Shown: in pieces, positions 50,058 to 60,266 of the stretch
How positions within the stretch are numbered: position 1 is the first letter of the stretch
Layout: every line of letters begins with the position of its first letter
Source of the DNA: Sulfurimonas sp. GWF2_37_8
GTDB taxonomy: Bacteria; Campylobacterota; Campylobacteria; Campylobacterales; Sulfurimonadaceae
Direction of reading: 5' to 3'
Assembly (NCBI GenBank): GCA_001829625.1
Contig: MIBW01000008.1
Location: 65,455 to 129,454 of the forward strand
DNA length: 64,000 bases
The notes under the pieces: generated by a model
The model's database searches: none
Seen by the model: the letters and a program-made list of their open reading frames with translations, nothing else
What the model was told of the DNA's origin: nothing
Made by a program: the position numbers and the translations under genes

Positions 50058-50891
50058 TTATGGAAGTCTAATGATATTGATATCAGTGTTTTGACGAAGA
50101 CGTACAAAGTAATCACCTAAGACTTGTTCGCGTTGCTCTTCCATGATTTTATTGGTGATTTGGTTTTTGACACTCTCAATCCCATCATTTTTTGCAGACA
50201 CAACACTTTTGAGATAAAAACTCATAAAAGCGCCTTTGCCATCAGGGACAATCGGTGTAAAAGTATTGAGGCGTGTTTTTTCAAGCAACGAAGCGAGTTC
50301 TGGAGAGATTCTTTCATAAGGAAGTTCCTGCTCCATCATAGCAATCTCAGGAGAGTAAAACATAATATTGTCTATCTTCTCTTGCAGTTTTATCTGATCT
50401 TTTGCCGTATAAATCGTCACAGCAAAAGAACTTGGATGGGTAAAATCTTCCTGATGCAGGTCGTAATACTCTTGTACTTCCGCGTCTGATGGAGGGTTCA
50501 TTGCAGAGTAGGAGATCGCTGAATAAAGTTTTTGACTCAAAAGTTTTTGTTCTATTTTTTCTTTTAGTTCTGTAGAACTAATGCCGTTTGCGTTTCGTAT
50601 AGCTTCATAAAACTCGCTCACACTGAGGTTATTTCTCCCCGCCGTTACTTTAATATCTTCATACACTTCTTCACTCGATACGCTAATTTTTTTATCTTGT
50701 ATCTCTATCTCTTCAAGTGCCCTGCGGATGAGAATGTCAGAGGCTTTTTTTGCATCGACATTGGAAATGGTCATCTCTTTTTTTACATCAAAAAGTGTTA
50801 TCGCTTTTTCTTTTACGACAACTGCGACTCCGTCAACAATCTCTGCGTTTAACAAAGAAGCTAAAATAAGTGTTAGAAATATTTTGTACAT
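50058..50891 (-). CDS. SurA-like periplasmic chaperone/PPIase
   Basis: Signal peptide, IVDGVAVVV...IT, C-terminal LRQNTDI. Confidence 0.7.
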   Translation of the reverse strand: MYKIFLTLILASLLNAEIVDGVAVVVKEKAITLFDVKKEMTISNVDAKKASDILIRRALEEIEIQDKKISVSSEEVYEDIKVTAGRNNLSVSEFYEAIRNANGISSTELKEKIEQKLLSQKLYSAISYSAMNPPSDAEVQEYYDLHQEDFTHPSSFAVTIYTAKDQIKLQEKIDNIMFYSPEIAMMEQELPYERISPELASLLEKTRLNTFTPIVPDGKGAFMSFYLKSVVSAKNDGIESVKNQITNKIMEEQREQVLGDYFVRLRQNTDINIIRLP

Positions 50892-50983
50892 ACCAAAACC
50901 TGTGTCTGAAATTTGAGAGTTATTTTACCCTTCTTTAACCAACAATAGCCTAAAATTGCGCAACTATAACTCAAAGGCTTTTC

Positions 50984-52372
50984 ATGGTTGTCACTCGTTT
51001 TGCTCCAAGTCCTACAGGCTATCTTCACATTGGCGGTCTTAGAACCGCTCTTTTCTCTTATCTTTGGGCGAAAAAAAATGGCGGGAAATTTTTACTTCGT
51101 ATCGAAGACACAGATAAAGCAAGAAACTCTGAAGAAGCTGCTATTGCTATTGTCAATGCTTTTGCATGGTTAGGTTTAGCACATGATGGTGAGATAACGT
51201 ACCAGTCAAAACGCGACGATATCTATGCCAAATATATCCAGCAACTACTTGATGAAGGTAAAGCATATAGATGCTATATGAGCAGGGATGAACTCACAGA
51301 ACTTCGTGAAACACAGATGGCAAACAAAGAGAGAACGATGTATGACGGAAGATACCGTGACTTCGGTGGTACACCACCTGAGGGCGTTGAAGCTGTTATT
51401 CGTATCAAAGCGCCAACAAGCGGGCCTATTGTTGTCAAAGATGGCGTCAAAGGTGATATAACATTTCAAGCCGAAGATATCTTAGATGATTTTGTTATCG
51501 CGCGTGCTGATGGAAGCCCAACATACAACTTTGTCGTGGCGGTGGACGATGCACTGATGGGTGTCACCGAAGTCATCCGCGGCGATGATCACCTCTCTAA
51601 CACACCAAAACAGATAGTAGTTTATGAAGCTTTGGGATTTGTGATACCTGCGTTTTATCATGTACCTATGATACATAATGCGGAGGGCAAAAAACTCTCC
51701 AAACGAGATGGAGCAACTGATGTTATGGCGTATAAAGAGATGGGGTACACACCTGCGGCACTGCTAAATTTTTTGGTGCGTTTAGGTTGGAGCCATGGGG
51801 ATCAGGAGATATTTTCTATGGAGGAGATGATTGAACTTTTTAATCCAAAAGATATCAATAAATCCGCCTCTATCTACAACACACAAAAGCTTGATTGGTT
51901 AAGCTCTCACTACATCAAAAATATGCCAAATAAAGAACTTGCTGAACTCTTAGAGTTTTATGGTCTTGTTTTGACTTCACATGACAAAAAAGAGATCTTG
52001 CTTGATTCACTCAAAGAGAGAGCAAAAACACTCAAAGAGCTTGCAGAACTCACGAAAGAGGTACTTGCAACACCTACAAGTTATGATGAAAAAGCAGTTG
52101 TAAAAGGCTTCAAAGCAGATGCAACTGAGATTCTTAATACTTTTGCTGCAAAGATAAATGCAGCGGATGAATTACACCTTCCAAGTGATTATCACCAACT
52201 CATGGAAGCCGTTGTTCAAGAGATGGAAATAGGATTTGGTAAAATAGGACAGCCACTTCGTATAGCCCTTTTAGGCAAACTCAGTGGTCCAGGACTTGAT
52301 AGTGTGATGTCTATTATCGGCAAAGAAGAGACACTCACAAGAATCGCAAACGCAATAGCTGCGAACTCCTAA
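50984..52372 (+). CDS. gltX: Glutamate--tRNA ligase
   Basis: RFAPSPTGYLHIGG, LRIEDTD, KLSKR. Confidence 0.96.
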   Translation: MVVTRFAPSPTGYLHIGGLRTALFSYLWAKKNGGKFLLRIEDTDKARNSEEAAIAIVNAFAWLGLAHDGEITYQSKRDDIYAKYIQQLLDEGKAYRCYMSRDELTELRETQMANKERTMYDGRYRDFGGTPPEGVEAVIRIKAPTSGPIVVKDGVKGDITFQAEDILDDFVIARADGSPTYNFVVAVDDALMGVTEVIRGDDHLSNTPKQIVVYEALGFVIPAFYHVPMIHNAEGKKLSKRDGATDVMAYKEMGYTPAALLNFLVRLGWSHGDQEIFSMEEMIELFNPKDINKSASIYNTQKLDWLSSHYIKNMPNKELAELLEFYGLVLTSHDKKEILLDSLKERAKTLKELAELTKEVLATPTSYDEKAVVKGFKADATEILNTFAAKINAADELHLPSDYHQLMEAVVQEMEIGFGKIGQPLRIALLGKLSGPGLDSVMSIIGKEETLTRIANAIAANS

Positions 52373-52403
52373 ATTATCAGCAGGCGGAAAACTCCGCTGT
52401 GTC

Positions 52404-52988
52404 TTATTTCACGATTTTTATATGAAAAATTTCATCGAGCATGATAAGCAGCTCATTTTTCGCAGAACCTGCGAAACTGTTTTCCAAGAAGTGGTTGATT
52501 CCTTTTCCTGCGTGTTGCACCAAAGGAATAAGTTTGATACCCGTTATCTCTGAGATAAAATGAGATTTATCTCCCTCTTCGTAAGCATGAAGTAAAATAG
52601 AGCGAGAAAAGTTGTTGAGTATGTGGTAGTAAATATGTAAAAACTCTGCTTCAAGGACTTCAAGACCATAGAGATGGGTCGCTATTTTCCACTCATGTGA
52701 AGCGATAGGATGGACTTTATTGGGTTTGATATTGATTCCTATCTCCTCTTTTATCTCCCGCACCAACGCGTCTAAAAGTTCTTCTCCTTCATCAACCGTA
52801 CCCCCAGGAAAACCCATACGCCCATCCCAACGGTCTATCATGATGATAGCAGGACAACGCATACCTTTAATATCGTCGTTAAAATACTTCCAAGGAGATA
52901 TCTCTTTAACATAGATCACCAAAAAAACTGCGTTTTTCTTGTCTCTATATAAGTCTCCAAATTCGACTCTTTGCATCTTTACAACCAC
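52404..52988 (-). CDS. NUDIX hydrolase, NUDT16-like
   Basis: RWDGRMGFPGG...REIKEEIG Nudix box and C-terminal FLENSFAGSA. Confidence 0.8.
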   Translation of the reverse strand: MVVKMQRVEFGDLYRDKKNAVFLVIYVKEISPWKYFNDDIKGMRCPAIIMIDRWDGRMGFPGGTVDEGEELLDALVREIKEEIGINIKPNKVHPIASHEWKIATHLYGLEVLEAEFLHIYYHILNNFSRSILLHAYEEGDKSHFISEITGIKLIPLVQHAGKGINHFLENSFAGSAKNELLIMLDEIFHIKIVK

Positions 52989-53199
52989 ACTTTGTTTAAA
53001 ATAATTTTGAAATACTACAGCAAGTAAACTTACTATCTGATGTTACGCACTAAAACGAACTTGTCCGTCTTTATGGCAAGGACAAATCTCTCTGCAAGCT
53101 CTCAAGCTACGAAAACTATCTAGTTTCAGAACTAAAAATGCGTGAGTCACCACGTTAAAATTCAGATTATAGAGACGAGGTACCCCTTGAGGATAAACA

Positions 53200-53338
53200 T
53201 AGATTATGTCAATCCGAAACTGGACTTTGACAATCTCTCAGGTCAACATATTTTCAAGGAGAGATCAAAAAATGCTTTAGGATTATGATACAATCTTAGG
53301 AGACTTTATGTGTTGATACAGAATTGATTACACTCCCC
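53200..53338 (+). mobile_element. IS256-family transposase 3' remnant with right end
   Basis: MSIRNWTLTISQVNIF resembles the IS256 C-terminal MPIRNW...SQ..I.F; followed by terminal-IR-like GATACAGAATTGATTACACTCCC. Confidence 0.55.
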
Positions 53339-53480
53339 AAAATCATAATTTAAAGTTCCACCTATGTTACCACAACGTAGGAATATTTTTTACCTTCTCA
53401 ATTAGTCAAGTGTTTATGCGCAGGAGTGCTCAAGTGGATGCGCGCTATCAATATAAAGATATTATGTTAGAATACAACTC

Positions 53481-54419
53481 ATGACACATAGCAAACTCTT
53501 AGATCAGTTCAGGTCTTTTTATTTTAGAAATTATCCCAATGACATGGAACTCCAAATAGAGTATTTTTCGGTTTTTGGTGGGCTTGGTTGGGATGTAGAT
53601 AGTTCCAAATCTTTTGAAACACTTCTCTATGAGCTCATCTTTGCAAACTTTGAGTTACTCAATGAAAAAATGACACAGCTCACATTTAATAGTCATAATA
53701 AAAGACTGCTGCGTGCTTTGGCGGTCGGTGATAGAAGGATTTTTTCTGCGTTTAATAGAGCGGGACTTAACAATAAAAATGGAGGAGTTGCGCTCAACTA
53801 CCTCCAAGAAAAAGAGCTTATCAGTATAGAATACTCCAGAGAAGAACCAGCAAGAAGCCTGCAGCCTCATGGCAAACTTAAACGTGAAATAGCTAGACAT
53901 CGCATCTCTCACAAAGTCCTTTTTTCACAACCTTTTGTGCGTTTTTGGTTCTATTTTATCGCGCCACACATCAAAGATATCAAAGAGAAAAATTATGAAA
54001 ATGTCATCAAAATATTTCATGAACGTCAAAATAGCTACACAAGTTTAGTTTTTGAAGAACTTTCAGAAGTGCTTCTGAACTACCATATACGTGACTCACA
54101 AATACTCAGTTCGGGAAGTTATTGGGATGCAAAAGTAGAGATAGATATACTTACTGTAACCAAAGATGAAAAAATTTATGTGGGCGAATGTAAATGGACA
54201 AATCACATAATTAACAAAAAAGAGTTTCACAAAATCATCGAAAAATGTGAAAAGCTCGATATAGAACCCTATCAGATAGCGTTTTTTTCAAAAAGAGGTT
54301 TTTCTAAAGAGCTTTTAAATATGCAGAGTAAAGATCTTGCACTTTATAGTTGTGAAGATTTCAAAGCACTGCTAAAAAATAGTGCTCGCGAAGAGTTAAT
54401 AGAAAACTTTATTAACTAA
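53481..54419 (+). CDS. DUF234 domain protein (C-terminal PD-(D/E)XK)
   Basis: PFVRFWFYFI, FEELS, YWD..VEIDI...GECKW, FSKRGFS. Confidence 0.82.
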   Translation: MTHSKLLDQFRSFYFRNYPNDMELQIEYFSVFGGLGWDVDSSKSFETLLYELIFANFELLNEKMTQLTFNSHNKRLLRALAVGDRRIFSAFNRAGLNNKNGGVALNYLQEKELISIEYSREEPARSLQPHGKLKREIARHRISHKVLFSQPFVRFWFYFIAPHIKDIKEKNYENVIKIFHERQNSYTSLVFEELSEVLLNYHIRDSQILSSGSYWDAKVEIDILTVTKDEKIYVGECKWTNHIINKKEFHKIIEKCEKLDIEPYQIAFFSKRGFSKELLNMQSKDLALYSCEDFKALLKNSAREELIENFIN

Positions 54420-55215
54420 CAACACGCAGTGCAGTATAAGCTTCTTGAAGAAGTTGAAATTTTTGTGTGTAGTGCTGCAACATATGAGGACACTCATGAA
54501 AAACCTTATCAGGATGATAAACTTTGGTGAGTTTTTTGTAGCTTTTTTTCAGAGCATCTTGACTTGCACCTACAGGACATTCCAAAACTGTATAAAAATA
54601 TTTGTTCTCCTCTTCTGCCTCTTCTTTACATAAATCACCAAAAGAAAAACTTGCAAAATCTGAGTAAAGCTTACTCATAAAGTGGTTGTCAAAAGTGTAC
54701 TGGATATTGTAGTGCAAAATATGACGTTTGCCCAGTGCACGTTCTAACCTTGCTTTGGCTTTGTAATCCGATACATCCACAAGCAATGAGATATCTGTTC
54801 CTCTCTCCACATATACATCCAACTGAGAACGCAGATAACTAATGACCCATGCGTTTGGTTGATTAAGTGTAATAAGAACGGCGTTTTTGTCATAGGCATA
54901 AAGATTTACCTGAACATTGTGTGTATCTTCTAGCTCGTGAAGCTCTATTTTGATAGGTTGTGAACCATATTTCAACATAGAACGCAAAAAAAACTCATGT
55001 GAAAAATCATGCACAGAGGCGTGATATCTGCTCAACTGATGTAAAAACTCTTCGCGTATCTCTTTAAGACTCTCATTCCTAAAAACCAAAACAGCCTTTG
55101 GCAAAAAGAGCATTCCACGGGAATGATGACCTAAAAATTCTTTCATCCACGAACTGTTTAAAGTGTCAAAATTCGTGGTAATCAATATAAGGTTGTTGCG
55201 TAAAACAATCTCCAT
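54412..55215 (-). CDS. C-terminal J-domain protein
   Basis: LKKSYKKLTKVYHPDK...FQLLQEAY. Confidence 0.82.
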   Translation of the reverse strand: MEIVLRNNLILITTNFDTLNSSWMKEFLGHHSRGMLFLPKAVLVFRNESLKEIREEFLHQLSRYHASVHDFSHEFFLRSMLKYGSQPIKIELHELEDTHNVQVNLYAYDKNAVLITLNQPNAWVISYLRSQLDVYVERGTDISLLVDVSDYKAKARLERALGKRHILHYNIQYTFDNHFMSKLYSDFASFSFGDLCKEEAEEENKYFYTVLECPVGASQDALKKSYKKLTKVYHPDKVFHECPHMLQHYTQKFQLLQEAYTALRVVS

Positions 55216-55386
55216 CTCTCAACCTTTTGATAACTAATTTTTTAATTAGTAGCAATTTTGGTTCCAAATCTAGTTTGTAATGACGAAGTATCCAGCGTTG
55301 TGTGAAGATAAACTTAATTCATAATCTAGATTTTATAAGAAATCTAATACATCATAAAGAACTTATGACGACTATTGAACTTATTT

Positions 55387-56808
55387 TTATCGATTGTATA
55401 AAAAAACTCTACCTAAAGGTAAAGCTTTATCGGTAAATATTTCTTTCTCAAAAATCAATTTTACAACAACTCCTTCGTCTTTACTTTTTACCCACTCTTT
55501 TTGATATGCATCAAAAATTTGAATATCTTCAGGTATTAATGAAGAGATAATATTGATATACTTTGTTTCATTATAAGCATTACTAACCAAAACAAAACCA
55601 TTGGTATAAAAACGTATATAACCATTGATAGCATCAAGTTTTTGATACTTTTCACCTAATGGAGAGCCTAAGTCATAAAAATATATTTCATTTCTTTCTA
55701 ATGCTCTGTCTTGTGGAACTTCAGCATATACAATGCTATCAGAAAGTTTTCCCATAGCATACCCATAATAAATTGCATTTTTTGGCTCCACCTGGAGATA
55801 AGTATTCGTATTTTTTATCTTAATATATTTTGGGGCTATATAATTCATATAGATAAAATTTTCAAATCCATCTTTTTTATATTTCTTTTTATAATCATCT
55901 AATATATTAATGAAATATAAAGAGTCCTCTATTGTACTTGAATCTTTATAAATTGGATAATATCTTGTAATGTCAGCATTATCAACAAAACCTTTTCCTT
56001 GAATATTAGCATTTATCTTTATATTTTGTGTTGTTGTAATATAACTTTCTGTCATATCATAGTTTGCGTAAGATAATAATGAATCATCTCTAAAAGCTTG
56101 ATTTGTAATAATAAAAACATTATTATTTTTTAATTTACTATAAAAATTCTCAACTGTATGTAAATATTTTTCTTCTGGATACTTCGCTAAAGTGTATTGA
56201 TTTATTTCTTGATTTTCAGTTTCTAATAAAAACTTAGCTGAGCCCCAATCAAAAAACACTCCGTTAAAACCTTTTGTTTTCATATTTATTATCAAATTAT
56301 CTACTCTTTTATTGACAACATCTTCATCAAAGTAATTATAATAATAATCTTCACACCAATCGTAATTATTGCGAACACAATGAGTAAAAGGACCATTAGG
56401 ATTTAAAGTAGCAATATTTTTATTGGTGTGCAGCCACTTAACAAAGTCTTCACTAGAACCATCTTTGTAGTAATAAAAAGCAGGCATCCAATCATAGCCT
56501 ACTAGATGTTTTATATCAAGCAGACCTTTTGATTTTAATAAATTATAATCAATATCTCTATCATAAAGTCCGCCTGTTTGAACTATCTCAAATTTTGTTG
56601 CCCACTGAGTATCACCTTTATTATTAAATAATACTGCAGTTGCAAAATCACCTTTTTTATGCTTAATTGAATTATTATGACTTATCTCAGAAATAATATA
56701 TTTATCCTTTTCTGATAAAAACGAGTTACTATCAATGGCAAATGCAAGTTCTGAAAAAGTTAATAAAAGAACTAAAAATATTTTTTTGCTTCGGTTCAAT
56801 ATTATCAT
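55387..56808 (-). CDS. Secreted putative glycoside hydrolase (GH114/PelA-hydrolase-like)
   Basis: Signal peptide; GFNGVFFD...NQAF...TES pattern; EPS-cluster context. Confidence 0.55.
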   Translation of the reverse strand: MIILNRSKKIFLVLLLTFSELAFAIDSNSFLSEKDKYIISEISHNNSIKHKKGDFATAVLFNNKGDTQWATKFEIVQTGGLYDRDIDYNLLKSKGLLDIKHLVGYDWMPAFYYYKDGSSEDFVKWLHTNKNIATLNPNGPFTHCVRNNYDWCEDYYYNYFDEDVVNKRVDNLIINMKTKGFNGVFFDWGSAKFLLETENQEINQYTLAKYPEEKYLHTVENFYSKLKNNNVFIITNQAFRDDSLLSYANYDMTESYITTTQNIKINANIQGKGFVDNADITRYYPIYKDSSTIEDSLYFINILDDYKKKYKKDGFENFIYMNYIAPKYIKIKNTNTYLQVEPKNAIYYGYAMGKLSDSIVYAEVPQDRALERNEIYFYDLGSPLGEKYQKLDAINGYIRFYTNGFVLVSNAYNETKYINIISSLIPEDIQIFDAYQKEWVKSKDEGVVVKLIFEKEIFTDKALPLGRVFLYNR

Positions 56809-57716
56809 GATTTTATCTTTATTATATCTTTCAATTTCATATCTTTTTTATATAAAAAAATTGCTAATAAAAGAAAATAGACAGCAAACATTACAATATG
56901 ATATAAAGTAGCACTAACAAAGGCATCTTCTTTCCCAACTCCATGATTCTCTAAAAAAAGCATCACAACAGCTTGAAATGTACCAACACCTGCAGGAGTC
57001 AAAGGAATTGCGAATGCAATTGTTGAAAAAATAAAAAGTTCTAATATATTTTCAAAGCTTAAACCAAAATCTACTGCGTAACTAAAAAATACAAATGAAG
57101 CTAAAAAGTATATTAACCAAACTAAGAGTGTAAAACTAAACACAGAAAATGGTTCTCTTAATATTTTATTAACGTTGTTATATATTTTTTGTGAGTATAT
57201 TCTTAAAAATCTAAACGGTATTTTTTTAAGAAATAATAGAATTCTTTTAGATTTAAAAAAAATAATTATAAAAATAATTAATATAGATAAACCAATAATA
57301 CCATTTTTTATAGCTGAGCTTGAAAAATATAAATATGCCCAAAAACACATAAGAAGAAAGAGAATAATAATATCAAAAAATCTTTCGACAAAGACTAAAG
57401 AAATTCCTCTATGAAAACTATACTTATAAAACTTTTTCATGTAAAGTGCTTTTGATAATTCACCTAATTTTGCTGGTAGTATCATATTTAGTGCCGTCGA
57501 AACTGTTATAGTTTCATAAGAAATTTTAAATGAAACTTTTGACATTTTCATCCATCTAAATGACAACGCAAGTTGTCCTAAAAAGACTACAAAGCTTGTA
57601 AGCACAACTCCATACCAAGAAACAATAGAAAGATTAATCTTATCTACATCAAAATCATGAATAATATAAAAGACAATTAATAATAAAAACAATATTTGAA
57701 TGATTTTACTTTTCAT
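56805..57716 (-). CDS. Lysylphosphatidylglycerol-synthase-TM/flippase-like membrane protein
   Basis: RW, NMILPAKLGE, ERFFD, PLTPAGVG. Confidence 0.85.
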   Translation of the reverse strand: MKSKIIQILFLLLIVFYIIHDFDVDKINLSIVSWYGVVLTSFVVFLGQLALSFRWMKMSKVSFKISYETITVSTALNMILPAKLGELSKALYMKKFYKYSFHRGISLVFVERFFDIIILFLLMCFWAYLYFSSSAIKNGIIGLSILIIFIIIFFKSKRILLFLKKIPFRFLRIYSQKIYNNVNKILREPFSVFSFTLLVWLIYFLASFVFFSYAVDFGLSFENILELFIFSTIAFAIPLTPAGVGTFQAVVMLFLENHGVGKEDAFVSATLYHIVMFAVYFLLLAIFLYKKDMKLKDIIKIKS

Positions 57717-57727
57717 AATACATCTTT

Positions 57728-58768
57728 TTACTCACTTAACTTTTTTAATAATGCTATTTTTATGTCAAGATCTTTATGTGGCTCTGATTTAATGTCTATG
57801 TTAATAGCTTGTAACAAAAACTGTAGCCCTAAAATTGTTGGTAAAACTATCATCAAATCTGTTCCAGCTGTTATATTTACACTCGGAGTAAAAATCCAAG
57901 TTTTGATACCATATAATGTACCAAAAGCAAACAACGGCAAGCCTACTGCTGTATAAAGCGAACCAGCATTAAAATCGTATATAAAGTATTTTAACTTTAT
58001 TCTTTTTACTAATCCTTTAAAAAGTTTTTTTGGAAAATCTAAAAGAGTCTTTTTAATACTTAATGAGCTAACTTCATCGCCATATTTTGCAGGCATACCG
58101 ACATCTTTAACAACGGCTTCTGTAATGTTTAAATTAATCAGGATGTCACTTTCAAAAAAATATCGTTTATCTAATGAATCAAGTGGCAATTTTTCTAGTG
58201 TATTTTTATATATAGCTGTATATCCATTAGTAGGGTCCATAATAGTCCAATAACCACTTGCAACTTTTACAAGGAATGATAAAACACTATTTCCGAAAAG
58301 TCTAATACTGGGCATGGATTTTAATGCTTCTAAATCTCTAAATCTATTTCCCTTAGTATAATCAGCTCTGTTTTCTATTAAAGGTTCCAATAAATGTATC
58401 ATAAATTTAGGATCCATTTGTCCATCACCATCAACTTTTACAATCACATCCGCTTCAAGCTCCAATGCTTTTTTGTATCCACTGACCATAGCACCACCAA
58501 CACCTTGATTAACTTCATGATGAATGATATGTACACTCTTTTTTTTAGATTTAAAAGGAGCAACAGCCTCATTAGCTTCATTATATTGAATCTCTATCTC
58601 ATCTACACCATCAAGCACTTCATAAGATTTATCGGGGCATTTATCATCAACAACTATTATAAAATCTACATACGCAGGAAGTCCTAACACTACATCCTTT
58701 AAAAAAGGTCTTACCTTATAACTTGGTATTACGACTGCTACATTTATGCTATTTAACTTATCAATCAT
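57728..58768 (-). CDS. GT2 glycosyltransferase (polyprenol-phosphate glycosyltransferase-like)
   Basis: VVIPSY, VVDD..PD, NQGVGGA, VDGDGQ, DPTNGY, two C-terminal TMs. Confidence 0.9.
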   Translation of the reverse strand: MIDKLNSINVAVVIPSYKVRPFLKDVVLGLPAYVDFIIVVDDKCPDKSYEVLDGVDEIEIQYNEANEAVAPFKSKKKSVHIIHHEVNQGVGGAMVSGYKKALELEADVIVKVDGDGQMDPKFMIHLLEPLIENRADYTKGNRFRDLEALKSMPSIRLFGNSVLSFLVKVASGYWTIMDPTNGYTAIYKNTLEKLPLDSLDKRYFFESDILINLNITEAVVKDVGMPAKYGDEVSSLSIKKTLLDFPKKLFKGLVKRIKLKYFIYDFNAGSLYTAVGLPLFAFGTLYGIKTWIFTPSVNITAGTDLMIVLPTILGLQFLLQAINIDIKSEPHKDLDIKIALLKKLSE

Positions 58769-60266
58769 TTTTATTCCACTTAAATCTAATTTTATTTATT
58801 TTATTATTTAATGACTTTTCTACATCTAAAAAAGCATCAACGACTACTGAAGCAAACATTTTATCTCTCATTTTATCAACTTCAACTAAGGCCTCCTCAT
58901 GAGTTTTTCCCTTTCTGTAAGGTCTATCCCCAATTATTCCTGTATAAAATTCACCAAGCGCAACAATTTGTGAACTTAACGGTATTTCAGCATCTTTAAT
59001 GCCAAAAGGGTATCCTTTACCATCATATCTTTCGTGATGATATTTTATAATTTCAGTAATAGGATACACGTGTGAAATAGGTTCTACTATAACACTTCCT
59101 ATAAGTGGATGTTCTTTAATAAGATTCATATCACTCTCTTCAATATTGTCTTTTTCTAAAACAGAAAACACATCACCAACCATGCCTATATCATGCAAAT
59201 ATGCTCCTAGAGAAATGGCATCTATCTCTGATTCAGACAAATATAATGATTTAGCAATTTCAACAGATATAGTTTGTACCATCAAAGAATGATCACGATA
59301 ATATTCATTTCCTAACTCCATACCTTCATTAGTAAATTTCAATAACTCTAAATAATTTTTAACCATTTCACTTTTACCATCTATATTTACTAAAAAAGAA
59401 CCAGCTGTATCTAAAAAAGAACCTATCTGTATCATCTTTTCTCTATCCAACTCTTTATTGTCATAAAATTCTAGTTTATAGGGTGTATTTCTTATATAGA
59501 ATGTCTTTTGTAAAGGATAATCAAAACTATTAAGATAAACATACATAAGTTCATCCGATTTTGTGAGTAGTTTAGCGCCTTTTGCATCAGTAATTTTCAT
59601 TATCAAAGCAACGAAAAAATTTAAAAATTGCTTATTATCCATTTGCAATTTCATTAATGAAACAGAAGTGCTTTTACTCATACTAAGTAGAGCATCTGCA
59701 CCTTTTGCTTTAAAAATATCTGAGATTGCACCATAGTAACTTAGCATAACATCCAAATATCCAGCAAATTTTTGTCTATCTAATTTTTGTTTTGAATAAA
59801 GAAGAATCATATAATTATTGTCATTTCCAATAAAAACATCTATTATATATTTGCCACTTTCTGTAATGTTAGCTAGCTCTCTTTTAGCAACCCTAAGAGA
59901 AATAGATGCATCTTTGTTTTCTGCAATGTTTGATTCAATTAGAACATATGTTTCACCTCTTAATTCATACAATGCTATATAATGCGATTTAATTATTTCA
60001 GCACTTTTTAACAATACTTCCCCAACACTTTTAATATCTTTTTTAGTACTAAGTTTTTTTAGACTTTCATCTATTGCTTGAGCTTCTACTCTTTGCTGGA
60101 TACTCTTTCTAAAATATCGCATTGCTACCAAAAACATAATGAAGGCCACTATAACAAATATCCACCAGTATTGACCTAAGAACTGATTAATTAGTTCAAA
60201 AATAGACGAAATTTGTTCTGGCAATACATTATTAAGATAGTCTCTACTTTGCTCAAAAATACTCAA
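58761..60266 (-). CDS. Membrane-anchored HD-GYP domain protein
   Basis: N-terminal TM; LHDIG, HHERYDGKGYP, RPYR. Confidence 0.88.
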   Translation of the reverse strand: MSIFEQSRDYLNNVLPEQISSIFELINQFLGQYWWIFVIVAFIMFLVAMRYFRKSIQQRVEAQAIDESLKKLSTKKDIKSVGEVLLKSAEIIKSHYIALYELRGETYVLIESNIAENKDASISLRVAKRELANITESGKYIIDVFIGNDNNYMILLYSKQKLDRQKFAGYLDVMLSYYGAISDIFKAKGADALLSMSKSTSVSLMKLQMDNKQFLNFFVALIMKITDAKGAKLLTKSDELMYVYLNSFDYPLQKTFYIRNTPYKLEFYDNKELDREKMIQIGSFLDTAGSFLVNIDGKSEMVKNYLELLKFTNEGMELGNEYYRDHSLMVQTISVEIAKSLYLSESEIDAISLGAYLHDIGMVGDVFSVLEKDNIEESDMNLIKEHPLIGSVIVEPISHVYPITEIIKYHHERYDGKGYPFGIKDAEIPLSSQIVALGEFYTGIIGDRPYRKGKTHEEALVEVDKMRDKMFASVVVDAFLDVEKSLNNKINKIRFKWNKND

